From: Trypethelium eluteriae
Taxonomy: Eukaryota
DNA length: 41,947 nucleotides
NCBI GenBank assembly: GCA_051942245.1
Contig: JAVECL010000154.1
Span: 1-41,947, forward strand
Direction of reading: 5' to 3'
Shown here: one piece after another, positions 11,222-23,706 of the stretch
Layout of the letters: each line of letters opens with the position of its first letter
How positions within the stretch are numbered: position 1 is the stretch's first letter
The notes under the pieces: generated by a model
Databases searched by the model: none
The model's input: the letters and a program-made list of their open reading frames with translations, nothing else
Told to the model about the DNA's origin: nothing
Translations under genes and position numbers: made by a program

Positions 11222-11863
11222 TTAATGATACCCCCGATATCTTCCACCCTCCCTTCTATAGACCCCACTATTCGGTGGATCTTCGTAATACAATTCACCT
11301 CTAGCAGGCCGGCTCCTGCTTCTGCTTCTCTGCTCTGCTTTGGACGTGTCCATATTCCACCTCACAGGAGTCCACTCCCTAACCCCCTGCCTCTTCACAG
11401 TCGTCGTATGCACGGCATAGTCCTTCCCACCCGGAGTGTCATAGTACTTGACCGTGCTTGTTCCGTGACTTCGACACTTCGTCCCAGAGCTCGAGGAAGA
11501 ACTGCTGCTGCTGCTATTGCTCGATGAGGTCGACGAGCTCCCGTCGATCGAGCGGCAAACTTCGACTTCGCGTACGATCTGGGCTGGGGCTGCCGGCGGC
11601 GGTGTTGGCGGTTTCGGTAAGGCCACAATTTGCCTCGAGTGGTGCACTAAAGAACGACGCGGCTTGTGCTCCTCGACAGAGACGCGGGAGAGACGCTCGC
11701 GGATAGTGCGGACTGGTGAGACGGAAATGCGCCTACGGATGCCGATGATGGGAGGTGGAGGCGAGTGCGAGATGGACCGACGACGTCGGTACGAGTCCGA
11801 GCGGATCACTCGACGGGGTGGAGGGTAGTCAAGATCATCTTCGTAGGTCCTGATTAGGCACAT
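11222..11863 (-). CDS. Hypothetical Arg/Ser/Pro-rich low-complexity protein (213 aa)
   Basis: ATG-initiated ORF with RS/SP tracts and a poly-Ser run. No recognised domain. Confidence 0.55.
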   Translation of the reverse strand: MCLIRTYEDDLDYPPPRRVIRSDSYRRRRSISHSPPPPIIGIRRRISVSPVRTIRERLSRVSVEEHKPRRSLVHHSRQIVALPKPPTPPPAAPAQIVREVEVCRSIDGSSSTSSSNSSSSSSSSSSGTKCRSHGTSTVKYYDTPGGKDYAVHTTTVKRQGVREWTPVRWNMDTSKAEQRSRSRSRPARGELYYEDPPNSGVYRREGGRYRGYH

Positions 11864-12545
11864 TATAGCTGCTTGTGCCTGAACCGTTTGGAGCCTGGGA
11901 CCGCTTGCTCAATGAAGGGAGTCCAAGAGCCGACGGTGTAAGGCGGGAGGGCGCCGAGAGGCAGACTTGGCCTTGCGATGTTTTTGTGAGACAAGACAAG
12001 TGGTCAAATCGCGAACTGGAAAGTCAGGTCAGAAGTAATATGTGGAACGGAGTTGATGCCTGAGGACTCCACGTGTCCCAAGGATAGGAAGATGAAAGAC
12101 TGCGCATGATCAAGAGTCATAGTGCTTTTCAATCATGGCTCAGCTGAGGTCGAGGCTACATCTTGCTGGTCGTATCCTGCGTGAGGCTGGAAAGCGGCAG
12201 CATGGGCAATTCGCAGCTAAGCAAGCCAGGTTTGCAGCGCAGCCAGGGTGTGAGGCTGGGTGTCAACAGCGTCATTGCGATCCGGCTGACTCGAAAGGAG
12301 CAAGCTTCGAGAACAAATCGTGCAAGCCCAACTTGAAAGGCGATGGGTTTAATGGTGGGTTAATCAGTTTAACAAGCAGAGGCCTGTCATGAAATACGAT
12401 AGAGAATGGTACGTCATTAGTGCTATCACTGGCCCAGTAAGGATCGGCATTTCGATATGTACCTTGCTCTAGATGGTGGGAGCTCTAGTCGCGCATCTGA
12501 CGAGTTACAAGACTCTGACTTACAAGCATAGAACATCATCGGCAA

Positions 12546-12731
12546 TACCCATACCGCGGCTGGGGGGTTCCTCAACTGGTAATTAATACAATGTTACCTC
12601 AGTTTAACTATTATGACCATGTTGGCCCATGTTAGGGCGGTGTTTACATGGACCAACAAGATCATAACAGTAGAGCCGAAATAACATTGTATTAATTACC
12701 AGTTGAGAAACCCCCCAGCCGTGGTAAGGTA
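12546..12731. mobile_element. Foldback MITE, copy A
   Basis: Near-complete palindrome TACCGCGGCTGGGGGGTTCCTCAACTGGTAATTAATACAATGTTA...TAACATTGTATTAATTACCAGTTGAGAAACCCCCCAGCCGTGGTAAGGTA. TA at both ends. Related copies at 24824 and 25807. Confidence 0.85.
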
Positions 12732-12772
12732 TGTTCTCCTGAAATTCGTGCACACTATTTGGATCCTGGGTA

Positions 12773-13389
12773 TCATTTCTTTGCTTGCTCTCCAATTCCG
12801 ATCTTGCCCAACAACTCCTTTCCCTTGTCCGCCAATCCCTTCGAGTTTCTTCTCGTGCCCATTCCAAGTCCTTGCTCAGTACGCTGTATGTCTGATTTAC
12901 CAGTGTTATCCGTTTCGGCCTTGGCGACGTTCGCTATAAGGCCCATAGTCAGTCTCCAATTCGATGGTCTCCTGCACTAGGCAATCATACCTGCTCCTCC
13001 TCTACCGACATGAAAGCCCCCTTGCAGTTCTCTAGGGCGTGGTGCTTCTACGTCTTGAGCTGCCCGTGCAACTTCTGGACGGTCCTTGTCATTCTTCGCC
13101 ATGTTTCCTGTACCACCTCGGCCCGTGGTATAGACATCTTGCTTGATGGTCGGTGTTACGTAGTCTTTGGCGTCATTGAAGCTTTCGCGACGCTCTTTAG
13201 TCATATTGCCTACGAAATCCAAGCTCCTGTGAGCACAGGGTTCCCTTGAAGTGATGTCGCTAAATACCAAGAAGGGGTGCTTTGATGTAGAGTTGAAGAG
13301 CTAATTGGGTAGAACACACCTGCGCCGCCTCTACCACTTGACATGTTTCGTGTCAGGGAGCCTGCAGGCTCAGCACTACGACCAGACAT
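12773..13389 (-). CDS. GRGGAGN-repeat protein (DUF3602/Par32-like); exons 13389-13320, 13209-12991, 12933-12773
   Basis: Splicing gives SGRGGAGNM, TGRGGTGNM and VGRGGAANV motifs and a GLADKGKELL tail. GT-AG introns with CTCAC/CTGAC branch sites. Confidence 0.82.
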
Positions 13390-14461
13390 TATGGATAGGG
13401 CTTTGTCTAGCGATTCTCGCTGGCTCAAGAACAGAGGACTCGATGAAAATTCTAGTGAGGATTCAGTGGGGATTTAGCTGGGTCGACGACACAATGACAA
13501 CGAATGAAGTAGATGAGATTTGAAAACAAAGGAAGTGTAGAGTCAGAACTTGTCTTGCGCGTACTGTGGCAACGCTCTTGGACGACTTGCTTTGTTGAGC
13601 TCTGCCTAGGAATAGCGACATTCGCTTTTCGACTGACGCGAGAGCCTTTATGAAGCTCTCAAAGAATGACCACCTACAAGCGGCCCCTCAGGAAGCCAGC
13701 ATGGTAATCAATTGGTTGGCACTCGTTGCTCCACATGCCAAGAGGCCAAAACAGCTGTCGCATTCCTGCCAAATTGCGCAGGCTTTGCTGGTTTGGGGTT
13801 AACATAACGTAATGGGAATCACGCGAGTCGTAAAATTCAGTAACACAAAGACCCACCACCAACGTCTGGAAACGTGCCCAGAGCAAGTGGTTGAAAACGG
13901 CAAAACACCATTATCTAGCAATACTCTTCGAGAAGCACTTCCTAACAGAAATGGGCCCTTTTTCTAGGACAACTGAGCACGTCTTAAAGCGTGACTGACG
14001 GGAGAATCCACGGAAATGCGTCATCCAGCAATTTCTTTGGGTCTCATGAAATATCTAGAAGCCATTGAAAGGTTTAAATATGAGTTTTGAAGGCTTATGG
14101 GTATTTTGGGCAAGATAGCAAAAAGAGCTTCGTCTTCATTCTAGTTGGAAAAAACCTCCCCCGCAGGCGTTCAACATCATCAGTGTAGGTCCGTGGGCTC
14201 TTGTCTCTCCCTCGCATTGATTTCCTCTTTCCTGGTAGCCCGTTCTTCCACGAATTTATTCCGAAAGCCTAGCAAAAGCGGATTTCGACATGCTCACCGG
14301 ATGGATATCAAGATATTTGGCCAGACCCACTATATCTAGGAATACAAGCCCAATCGTGAGAAGAACAGGAGCACGTCGATTCGTTCTCAATCTCATTGGC
14401 TACCAGCCATCTTCCACAGAACACGTCCTCTGCATGTCAATCCGCTGAGTGCATGTATGCC

Positions 14462-15519
14462 CTACGCCACGTATTCGAAATCACCCCCACCACAGGAAAG
14501 CGGAATTGCCTCCCATCCATATCGACCATCACTTCCTAGCTTGATCTGATTTTCTCTATCATTTTATCAGTATTATGGCCACCCTGGGGGGCCTTCAGAG
14601 CTCACCTTCCATCAACAGAATCACGTCGTCTCCCTGAACGTATCTTGAGCTGGGTCCGAATCTCATCCGCTATTGGCTCGTTGTCCAGGAATAGCTCTAC
14701 TGGGGATCTCCCGAAAGTTGTTCTGCCAACCTTCTCACCTGGTTGTGGGAATGAGAAAGTGCGGCAGCCGCGAAGGTTCATAAAAAGTCTCCAGTACTCG
14801 CGCTCCTCCATCGGGGCAAAGTAACACTCGAAGGGAGGATGGCCGTCTATCCTCTTGGTCGCCACAACCCTCAAGTCGAGCATGCAAAGCCTGTGTCTCT
14901 TGATGATCCGAAGGAAGTCTAGGTGTGGCGTCTTTAACATGGGGATAGTGAGCTTTCGAATGTGTGCGCTTGCTTCCGGACCAATCTCCAGGAGGAATTT
15001 GTTGAATGCGTGGTGAGCAGGGAGCCAATGATCCCTGTCCCACCGAGTATAGTATTCCGGGAATTGGAAACGATTTTCGCCATAGAGCACGGGCATCGCC
15101 TCTTTGTAGACTGCGCGCGACACCCTTAGGAGGGCGACATTTGGCCGGACTCCCCTTTCGAAGTCGATAAACTGGGACACCAACCCGTCACCCCAGCAGC
15201 CCCTCTCAAACGGGTGCTTCCAAATGAATTGAGGCCAGATGCTGACCACGCGAAGGACTGAATCCTCTTTGGAGCTTGACGTACGGAGAAGCCGTATCTC
15301 TACATCCTCGCAGCCCGCACCATCGCGGCCACGAAATAGTACGAATCGGTAAATCATCAGACGCAGTTCCACCGGTAGCCGCATGATTGGAAATGACGTG
15401 GCCTTTTCGGTGATTGAGACTGACCGGAACATTTTGACCAGTGTATTAACCATGATTCGATCCGAAGGGATTCTGGCTCGACTCTTGCTTTTCAAAATGA
15501 ACCCACGGTTATCCGTCAT
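14462..15519 (-). CDS. Hypothetical protein with N-terminal F-box-like motif; exon 15519-14606 and probable short last exon 14555-14462
   Basis: FPIMRLPVELRLMIYRFVL and ALLRVSRAVYKEAMPVLYGENRFQF match a common Pezizomycotina F-box-like hypothetical family. The ORF stop lies within a GTGAGC donor, with an ACTGAT branch and TAG acceptor 50 nt later. Confidence 0.75.
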
Positions 15520-16136
15520 CTCAATCAGTCCAGTATTAACGAGCGTTCGTTGGTGTATTGCTGTTGAGGAGGTTACTTGGTGAAAATGTAGTGGAAGGAA
15601 GGATGCCTAAAGTAGCACGTTTCTTCAAAAGGGTGAGGGCCACCTATGGCAGTGGGGAACATCACAAATGTGAGGACTAACACAATAATTTTAGGTTTCC
15701 GAAAACTTGCTCAATTTCCTGCATAAGGTTCGGCTGTGTTGGCCCGGCGTGATCTCTGGAGAACGTCACTTGAGGCGACTTGACGCATCTGAATAGCTTT
15801 CGCATCTTTGCCATCAATCTTCTTATGAAACTAAGCTCGCCCGCATCCACGATGGTATTGATAGCTTCATAATGGCTTCTGGCAAAGGACAGCCCCGTCT
15901 CGCTGCGTTTCCCTGCAACGCGGTAATGCAATCGCCAGGGAGCCGCGAGATTGCTAACTCTAGGTAGGTAGATGGTCTATGACCGACCCCAAGAATCCGT
16001 GGATTGAACCTTTATACGCAAATGGGCCTTTGTTTGCGTGTAGTGTACCCTTGCTTCTCTGTGAAATTGGCTACGAGTACAAAGTCCTCTGTCCGCCTCT
16101 GAAAAAAGGATTTACCGATAGATATGCCACCGAGAC

Positions 16137-19100
16137 CTAGATCTGCTCAATGCTATTTAGGAGCTGGTCCAAGTCAACACTAGCTGCTTCTTCAAATGAC
16201 CGCGTCATGATCCGAGCGCTGCTGGGAGATTAGTACAGGCTTTTACGATCCACAAAATTTGACGACGACTTACAGATTGCTGAGCTTCTTCCTCCCAATA
16301 TCAATCTCCATCTCCTTGCTCTTGACTGAAGCAACATCAAGCACTCCATTCGGAACGTGCGCTAATCGTGCAACGTTCAACCTGAACAGGTTAGCGGACC
16401 AGCCTCGTAACTCGTAGACAGGGAAGCTCACCCGTAAGACCTATGCGCAACTCCCTCACCTACTTCGTAGAGAAAGGTGACATCTTCTTGCCCATTGGTG
16501 CCCCTTTCTTCCTTGAAGCGCATGTGCACATTCTTTAGCTCCTCGTTGAAACTTCTGGCCATTGCTGCTAGGCTCTGGTAATGGGTAATAAACAGCGTTA
16601 AACTTTTCAATTCCCCCACTATGTAGTCGAGGACCGCTTGAGCGATGGCCACACCATCGTGAGTAGATGTCCCTCTTCCCAGCTCGTCCAGAATGACGAG
16701 AGAGCGGGGGCTGGCTTGCTTGAGGATATCTGCAGTCTCATGTAGCTCCACCATGAACGTGGATTCACCAGCAAGCATATTGTCGAAAGCGCCCATTCGT
16801 GTAAAGACAGCATCGAGCATGCCCAGCTTGGCGGATGCGGCAGGAACATAGGATCCAATTTGGCCCATAATGGCGATGAGCGCGACTTGGCGGACATAGC
16901 TCGACTTGCCTCCCATGTTCGGTCCCGTAATTAGTAGAGCCCGAGTCGCATCAGCCTTCAGCTCTATGTCGTTCGGGACGTATGCGTCAAGAAGCAACTG
17001 TTCTACCATCGGATGTCGTCCTTCTGAGACAGAAATACACGTCTCGTCCGTAAATTCTGGTTTGACGTAGCCCGGCTGATTCGCAACTTCGGCAAGTGAG
17101 AGTAGACAATCAAGTACAGCAAGGGACTGAATACAATCGCGGAATGACTGATACTTGGAGCCAATCTCAGACAACAAATCGACGAACGCGGTATCGCATG
17201 CTGCTGCCAATGACTCTTTGTGTTGATCCCGTTCCCGCATCAACGTGATAACCTCTGGTGTATGGAAGCGTGAGACCTTCTTGGTGCCGCTAATCTTGAC
17301 CCATGACGCGGGGACATTCTTGAGCTGAGTGTTGTCAACCTCAATGAGATACTCTATCTGTGCAACTCTCACGTATTCGACGCTCTTCTTTCTTAACTTT
17401 TCAGCGGCGACTCGGCGATGCTCATCGAGGTCATGCTCAACGCTAGCTATTCCGAGTTTATGCGCCGTGATCATCTCTGACTCGTGTTCTTCTCGAAAGA
17501 AGGCATACTTGTCGTCATCCTTCGCAGCCTGAGCATTGATCCTTTCCAAGTAATTGACCACATCCTCGAATACAGATGGCAGACTTGCGAAGGCATTGTT
17601 GATAATGTCGGAAGCGAAACCCGCATCGGATGCCGACTTGACATGCACGTATTCAGATGCTGTACGCTGTAGTGTCTGCAACATCGTAAGAAGTTCTGCA
17701 CGTGTGCACTTCTTGTAGTAGATTCGGATAAGTGTCTTCTCAAGGTCGCCTTTGATCTTACCAAGAACGTGTCTGAGCTTGTCCACCGCTGCAGTACGTT
17801 CAGATCCTTTGAGCTCTTCAACGGCTGCGATGCGTTCTTCGAGTTTACTTTTATCGAGGAGAGGCCTACCGACCCATTTTCGAAGAAGGCGTTGGCCGAA
17901 CCTCGTTTGTGTCCGGTCTAGTGTCCAAAATAAGCTGCCTTTCTCAGTATGGTCTGTCTGATTGTGATAGAGCTCCAGACTGGTCAAGGTATTGCCATTC
18001 AAAAGCATATGCGATCGGGTACTGAAAGACTGAAAATACTTGGTCAAATCCAGGACATGTTCCAGACCATAGTCAGTCAGATGAGTTATCATAGCAGATA
18101 GACAGATCGTCACATGTTCGGATAGATTGTGGACCTTATCGAGAAAGGTGCTAGCCTTTCCGTCTTGCGATGAGCTATAAGTATACTGTTAGAATCTACA
18201 CGTGTGCTTGGCTGAACTGAGACCTGGTAAACCTCTACTCACCTTTGTTCTGACGACTTCATCTTGTCTGCGTAAAAGCCCGAGACTTGGCTGTAGGCGG
18301 ATGCAGCCATTGTTTTCGGTTTGTTAACCCTATCAAGCCGGACGCGGTCACCGAATACGTTTGCTTTTGTCCCTGAGAGATGTTTCACAAGTTTTTCCGT
18401 CGCTTTCGAGAGTTCACCGACTAGCAATATCTCACACGGAGCAATATGCAATAGCCTTGTCTCAATCTCACTCCGCATGAAGCCATCCTCGAAGTCGTCA
18501 TAAATCACATCGCCAACAGACGGTTGAACGGCAACCAACCCTACATGGACTTTCTCGTCTGAGCCCCAGCCCTTTGCTTTGGACTCAGTTAGGCATAAGA
18601 GATAGCCCGTAGCTGGCGTCTTGCCGCTCGTCTTGACTGGTTGTTCTTCTAGACCTTCCACATCGTCAATATACGTGCCCTTCGTATAGAGATTGGTGAC
18701 TTTTCTCGTGAATGGTGTGTTACGGTTATCTCCAACTGCCTTCAAAGCCGCCGTCTCCGTTTGACGGACAACTCCAACTTTGTGTCCTGCGTTAACTAAT
18801 CGTTTGACATGGACATGCAGACGATGCACAGGAAAGCTGGCAGAAGCGAAGCGGTCGATGTGCGCTTCAGAAGGATCTGCAAAGAAGTCAGAAGGACAGG
18901 ATAAAAGCAAAAGTCAAAAACTTACGCTCGTCGAACCGGAATTTACCTGGTATGCAGACAATGCCTAGTTCCTTTGCAGCAACCCTCGCGTCTTCTCCGA
19001 AGAATCTGAATTTGTAGCCAACTTCAACAACAAGTAGTGTGTCCATATATTTCCTCTTGAGATCCATGATTTGTTGTTCCATGGGTGTCAGCTTCTTGCC

Positions 19101-19838
19101 CCCCTTTTTGAGAGCTGGTCCTTTCTTGCCTCTAGTCATAGGCTTTGCCGCTGGTTCATTTCCTTCATTGTCCTCTTCTTCAGCATCTTCGTCGCCTTCT
19201 GCAGTCTCCTCGGTTATGAAATTATTACGACGTTTGATGTCTGCAATGCTGTCTGGCTTGCCGAGTTTCTTTACGAACTTCCGGTGTAACGACTCTTTGG
19301 TCCTTCTCGATTCTTCGTCGTCAGGCTCCGGTTCATTTTCATCCCTAGCTGGTGAGCTCGAAAACATGTATTTTGATGTTCGCTCGGATAGTTTAAGTTT
19401 CTGTCTGCCATTGAGTTCTGTGGCAGAAGCTTGCACAAGGGACATGCGATCTCTCCGCTCCAAGGCACCGTGTATGTCGTTTTCGTTGTCATCTTCAATT
19501 ACTTCGTGTCTGTCTCTCATCTGCTTGTGGCGTTTCAGAGATAACTCTTCATCTCTCAAATTATTGCTCGCCTCCTCAGATGATCGCTTAAGCCTCCGAA
19601 GTCCTGGCTCGCGGGGCACATCTTCATCGTCGGAATGTACAAATAGAGCATTCCCCTGATGGTTCGCATTAAGCTGTGCTGAATCGGTAGCTTTGCTCGG
19701 TGTCGCAGTCTTTGAGTCTTGGTCCAGGCGTGTTTTTGGCGTTGCGGTCGCTTTGGGTGCAAAAAAGCTTGAAATTGACTGTTGCTTTTTCTGAGATGAC
19801 TCCGACCGCTGCAGCACGGGACTTCGTGCGAAAGGCAT
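16137..19838 (-). CDS. MSH3: DNA mismatch repair protein Msh3; exons 19838-18926, 18876-18243, 18174-16432, 16381-16274, ~16219-16137
   Basis: PIP box [22 protein letters not shown] (Msh3-type mismatch domain), TGPNMGGKS Walker [34 protein letters not shown]. Four GT-AG introns keep the frame. Confidence 0.96.
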
Positions 19839-19916
19839 ATCAAGATCTCACATTTCGATTGGTGATAGAATTTGTGAGGGAATTTAGAATCCTAAGTCCG
19901 CTAGCTCATCCTCGGA

Positions 19917-19940
19917 GTCGCGTCCGTGGAAGACGCGACA
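19917..19940. promoter_or_regulatory. Two MCB-like (ACGCG) elements upstream of MSH3
   Basis: GTCGCGTC and GACGCGAC about 80-100 nt upstream of the MSH3 ATG, in inverted arrangement. Confidence 0.5.
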
Positions 19941-20233
19941 GGGACCGACCATGACATGCACTCACGTGCCTGCTATCACTCCCCCCCTCCCTTTCTGGTA
20001 AGGTATCTGGACCTTACTTGGCACCTAATCATCTCGAAGCCTAGTGTGGTCTCTTGTGGTAGTTTAATGATTGGAACTCTCCCCTAGTGGGCAAGGACTG
20101 ATTAAATTACAATACTCTCTGATAAAGTCCCATAATTCTTAGGGCAGTGGCCTATACGAAAGAACGCTTTACGACAGTGGACTCATGGCCTAAGGAAGAC
20201 ACCCAGAGCTCTCAGCACCAATCCAACGCTTGC

Positions 20234-20705
20234 TCAGTATCCGAGTAGGCGAGGTGCCCAATTACCCAAATGCATAGGCATCGCATGTTCACCTTCCATC
20301 ATTACGTCCTGAGCCAGTCGAAGCATAGCCTCCACAAGCCAACCTAAACCCTGACAGTGTCTAGAGCCATTCACTTTGCTTAGTGCTCTCAAGAATTGTG
20401 CGATCCGGTATATCTTTCTTGCGATAGCTGTGGGGCTGTGGTAGCCCTCCATGTAGGTGTTACCATGGAAGTATTGATGGATATCTGACGATTTGTCTGC
20501 GATCTCCCAATAGATTGGATCACGCCTCTATGCCTGCTTGAGTGTCGCACTGTCTCGGATGCTTTGTAGAAACACTTACGTGGTGAGGATTCCATTCGAA
20601 CCAGAGTTGGCACCATTCACACCGTCCACCTCCGGGTCCGAAGAAATTGCCGGGCCAGTGGCGAAGCTCGTGGGGACAGTATCTGTTGGAGCAGGTTTTG
20701 AGCAT
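20234..20705 (-). CDS. Candidate two-exon orphan protein (139 aa) with N-terminal Cys motif; exons 20705-20580, 20527-20234
   Basis: A 52-nt GTAAGT...TAG intron joins two track ORFs in frame: MLKTCSNRYCPH...RCEWCQLWFEWNPHH|RRDPIYWEIAD...PRLLGY*. The branch site is weak. Confidence 0.35.
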
Positions 20706-21342
20706 TCCTTAGAGGCTCGGATACTAAAGATGGTATGATGCTTTAATGGCAGCGTACGAAAATGAAAAGTTCGTGTGTATCTTTGAAGAGCTCAAGTGCG
20801 AAAGTGGCTATTTATGTAGGAACTAGAGTGAAGCAATCAAGAAAGGCGTCACTCGCCAGAGCCGTGAGGCAGCTACTGTCATTCCTATCATGTTCTCGCC
20901 GGGCAGCCTGTGGCCCTGAAATTTTGGTATAGCAAACATCAGGTTCTTGGGATGCTTCAGGATGCAAAGAGCGGTGTGGTATGACAGAGCAGAGGACTCC
21001 TACATGTCCCGGAGACGATATTAACTCCGGAGCCGCCGGTGTACAGTAGCACCTAAAGTCTGGGTTGAGCAAACGTCGGGTACTCTCAACGTAGCACTGT
21101 TGGGCAGTTTGGAGTGAAGCACATTGGTCAAGCTAAAGCCTGCGCCGTTCCGTGATGTTGACGACTGACAATAACGAGACTCCTGTGACTATTGAGAGCA
21201 AATGCACACAGACACAATGCTTGATTTGGACATGTGACTAATTGAAGTGATTACATGGCAGCTCGAATCCGCGCATTAGGTGGATTTGAAGTTTGAATCG
21301 GAACTTGGAAACTTGACCCGGCTTATGTAATAAACGAATCAC

Positions 21343-21397
21343 TTTACGCGCTCGCGCACGCGTTCGCGCGTTGTTTTCTACGTGCGGTAACGCGACT
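21343..21397 (+). promoter_or_regulatory. Cluster of MCB-like elements upstream of CDC6
   Basis: TTTACGCGCTCGCGCACGCGTTCGCGCGTT...AACGCGAC, including a perfect ACGCGT, 120-170 nt before the ATG. CDC6/cdc18 is a classic MBF target. Confidence 0.7.
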
Positions 21398-21512
21398 GCC
21401 GAGCATCAAAGTACTCCGTACCTTACCTACCTCCGGACCGCAGCTGCCAAAACCATAACCCGCTCCATCATTCTTGACCAACTCGCTACACTCGCCGTTG
21501 CCTACAAATATC

Positions 21513-23529
21513 ATGGCAGCTTCTATTCTCGGGAAACGAAGTCGAGGAGCCATTGCTCTTGAAGGTCAGTCGGAAATAGCAACCCTCTACACCAATTCAG
21601 AGTCTCATTTTCACAGATGCATCACCTGCTCGCTGTACTCGAGCCAAGCGACGCGCCCCGATCATCATCCATAACGATGAGAACGAGAATCCCTTCACTA
21701 GGCCGACCTCGGGCAAGAATAATCATGGCCCTCATGATATCGATATTGATGAGCTTGCTGTAGACGTTGGTGCCATTTCTTCCATACCAGTTAAGCATGG
21801 CAAACCGGAGTGCAGAATAGCTGTATCACCAGACAAGATCAACTCTCATTTCAAAGCCAGCAAGCCAGCTCTGAAAGTATTTCGCGACGAGAAGCCTGAG
21901 GTATCCACGCCGCGGACCCCGCGTCACCGCGACGCGCTCTCGAAGAAAGCACCAGTAACGCCTCGTCATCGGGTCGGTCTTGTAGGAAAGCCGTTGACGC
22001 CGGGCACTCCACGTACGCCATCAACACCTTCCAACTTCGGTCTTACAGTCTACAATGAGGCACGCCTTCTTTTTTCTAGGAACTCCAATCCTGGGCCTCT
22101 TGTTGGACGAGAGGAGGAACGAGCTGAACTTGCAAAATTCATCAAAGATCATGTAGATGGACATCGGGGTGGCTGTCTTTATGTTTCAGGTCCTCCAGGG
22201 ACAGGAAAGAGTGCATTGGTTGGCGAGGTGGGCACAGGTTACGAGGGATCTACCTCAATCAAGTACGCCTATGTCAATTGCATGAGCATCAAGACCGTGG
22301 CGGATCTGTATTCGCGGCTCATTGAGAGTTGTTGTGAGGGTACACATGTCAGTCAAGTCAAGGAAGTGGAAAGACTACGCAATACTTTCCTGCCGAAGTC
22401 GCGCAAGGGAAGCTCCTTCTTCGTGATCCTGGATGAGATCGATTACCTTCTGGGACTTGACGGAGACATGCTTTGTACCCTCTTCGAATGGTCCCTCGAT
22501 CCTTCTTCCGCTTTGACCCTCATCGGAATTGCTAACGCGCTCGATTTGACGGATCGGTTCCTTCCTCGCCTCAAAGCGCGCAGCCTGAAGCCTCATCTGG
22601 TTCCCTTCCTTCCCTATAACGCCGAGCAAATTACTTCGGTCATTACGTCCAAACTCAGAGGGCTTCTCACACAAAACGATGAAGCTGACAAGAACTGTAT
22701 CCCCTTCATTCACCCTGCTGCAATTCAATTCTGCTCTAAGAAGGTTGCGGCTCAAACTGGCGACCTCCGAAAGGCATTCGACATCTGCCGACGAGCAATT
22801 GATCTCATCGAAGCCGAAACAAAGTCTAATGCTACAAAGGAAGCACTCCAAAGCAGCCCATCAAAAACGCCACTGGTCGAAAACATGAACTTGTCCTCTC
22901 CATCGACACCTCGCTCGCCGACCAAATCATCACCATTAAAGTCAAAGCCCGCCGCATCTACTCTCGGCCATCTCACGACCACAACAGCACCTCGCGTCAC
23001 CATCGCACACATGGCGCGTGTGACATCCTCTGTCTTCGGCAACGGCTCAACCCAGCGTCTGCAATCCCTCAACCTTCAACAAAAAGCCGTCCTCTGCGCT
23101 CTCTCCGCCCTCGAGACCCAAGCCAAGCAAGCCTCAAACCCGAACGCCGGCACCATCTTCGCCCGTCTCGGTGAGCTCACTCCATCTAAGAAGGCTTCAG
23201 CCACAGCTCCGACGCTAAAGAAACTGTACGAAACGTATAACAGCCTCTGCAAGCGGCAAAATTTGCTGCAAGCCCTCACAAATACAGAATTTAGAGATGT
23301 AGTAGCAAGTTTGGAGACGCTGGGTCTAGTTGATGCGGTTGACGGGAAGGCGGGATCGTTCGCACTACCGGCGACACCAAGTAAAAGAGGCCGAGGGGGT
23401 GCCAGCTTTGCGAAGGGCGTAGATGAGCGGAGACTGAGCAGCGTGGTGGGGACGAAGGAACTTGAGAAGGAGATTGAAGGGGCAGGAAGTCAGATTTTAT
23501 ATGATATCCTTGACGGAGGGGTTGCGTAA
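21513..23529 (+). CDS. CDC6: Replication licensing AAA+ ATPase Cdc6/Cdc18; exons 21513-21564, 21617-23529
   Basis: MAASILGKR start, CDK-site-rich (TPR/TP) N-terminus, LYVSGPPGTGKS Walker A, ILDEID Walker B, IGIANALDLTDRFLPRL, GDLRKAFDICRR. Confidence 0.96.
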
Positions 23530-23706
23530 GCGAAGGGATGTCGGGCTCGATCTTGTATATATTTCGCGTGAATGAGGGAAGCAGGGAAAGATCGGAGTAC
23601 CTGCCTGGCTTCTGTTATTGGATACAAAAACGAAGTCCGTCCCTTCGAATGTTACCATCACCAAATCATCTCTTTAGCAGCAAGGCCGCGCTGGCTGCCT
23701 GCTAGA

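Noticed and set aside
15677..15931. 84-aa minus ORF between the F-box-like gene and MSH3
   Set aside because: TTG start, in-frame stop shortly upstream, no motif or convincing splice partner.
21283..21318. Repeated TTTGAA/CTTGGAA words upstream of CDC6 (CHR-like)
   Set aside because: Short and degenerate, and I have no basis for CHR-type regulation in these fungi.
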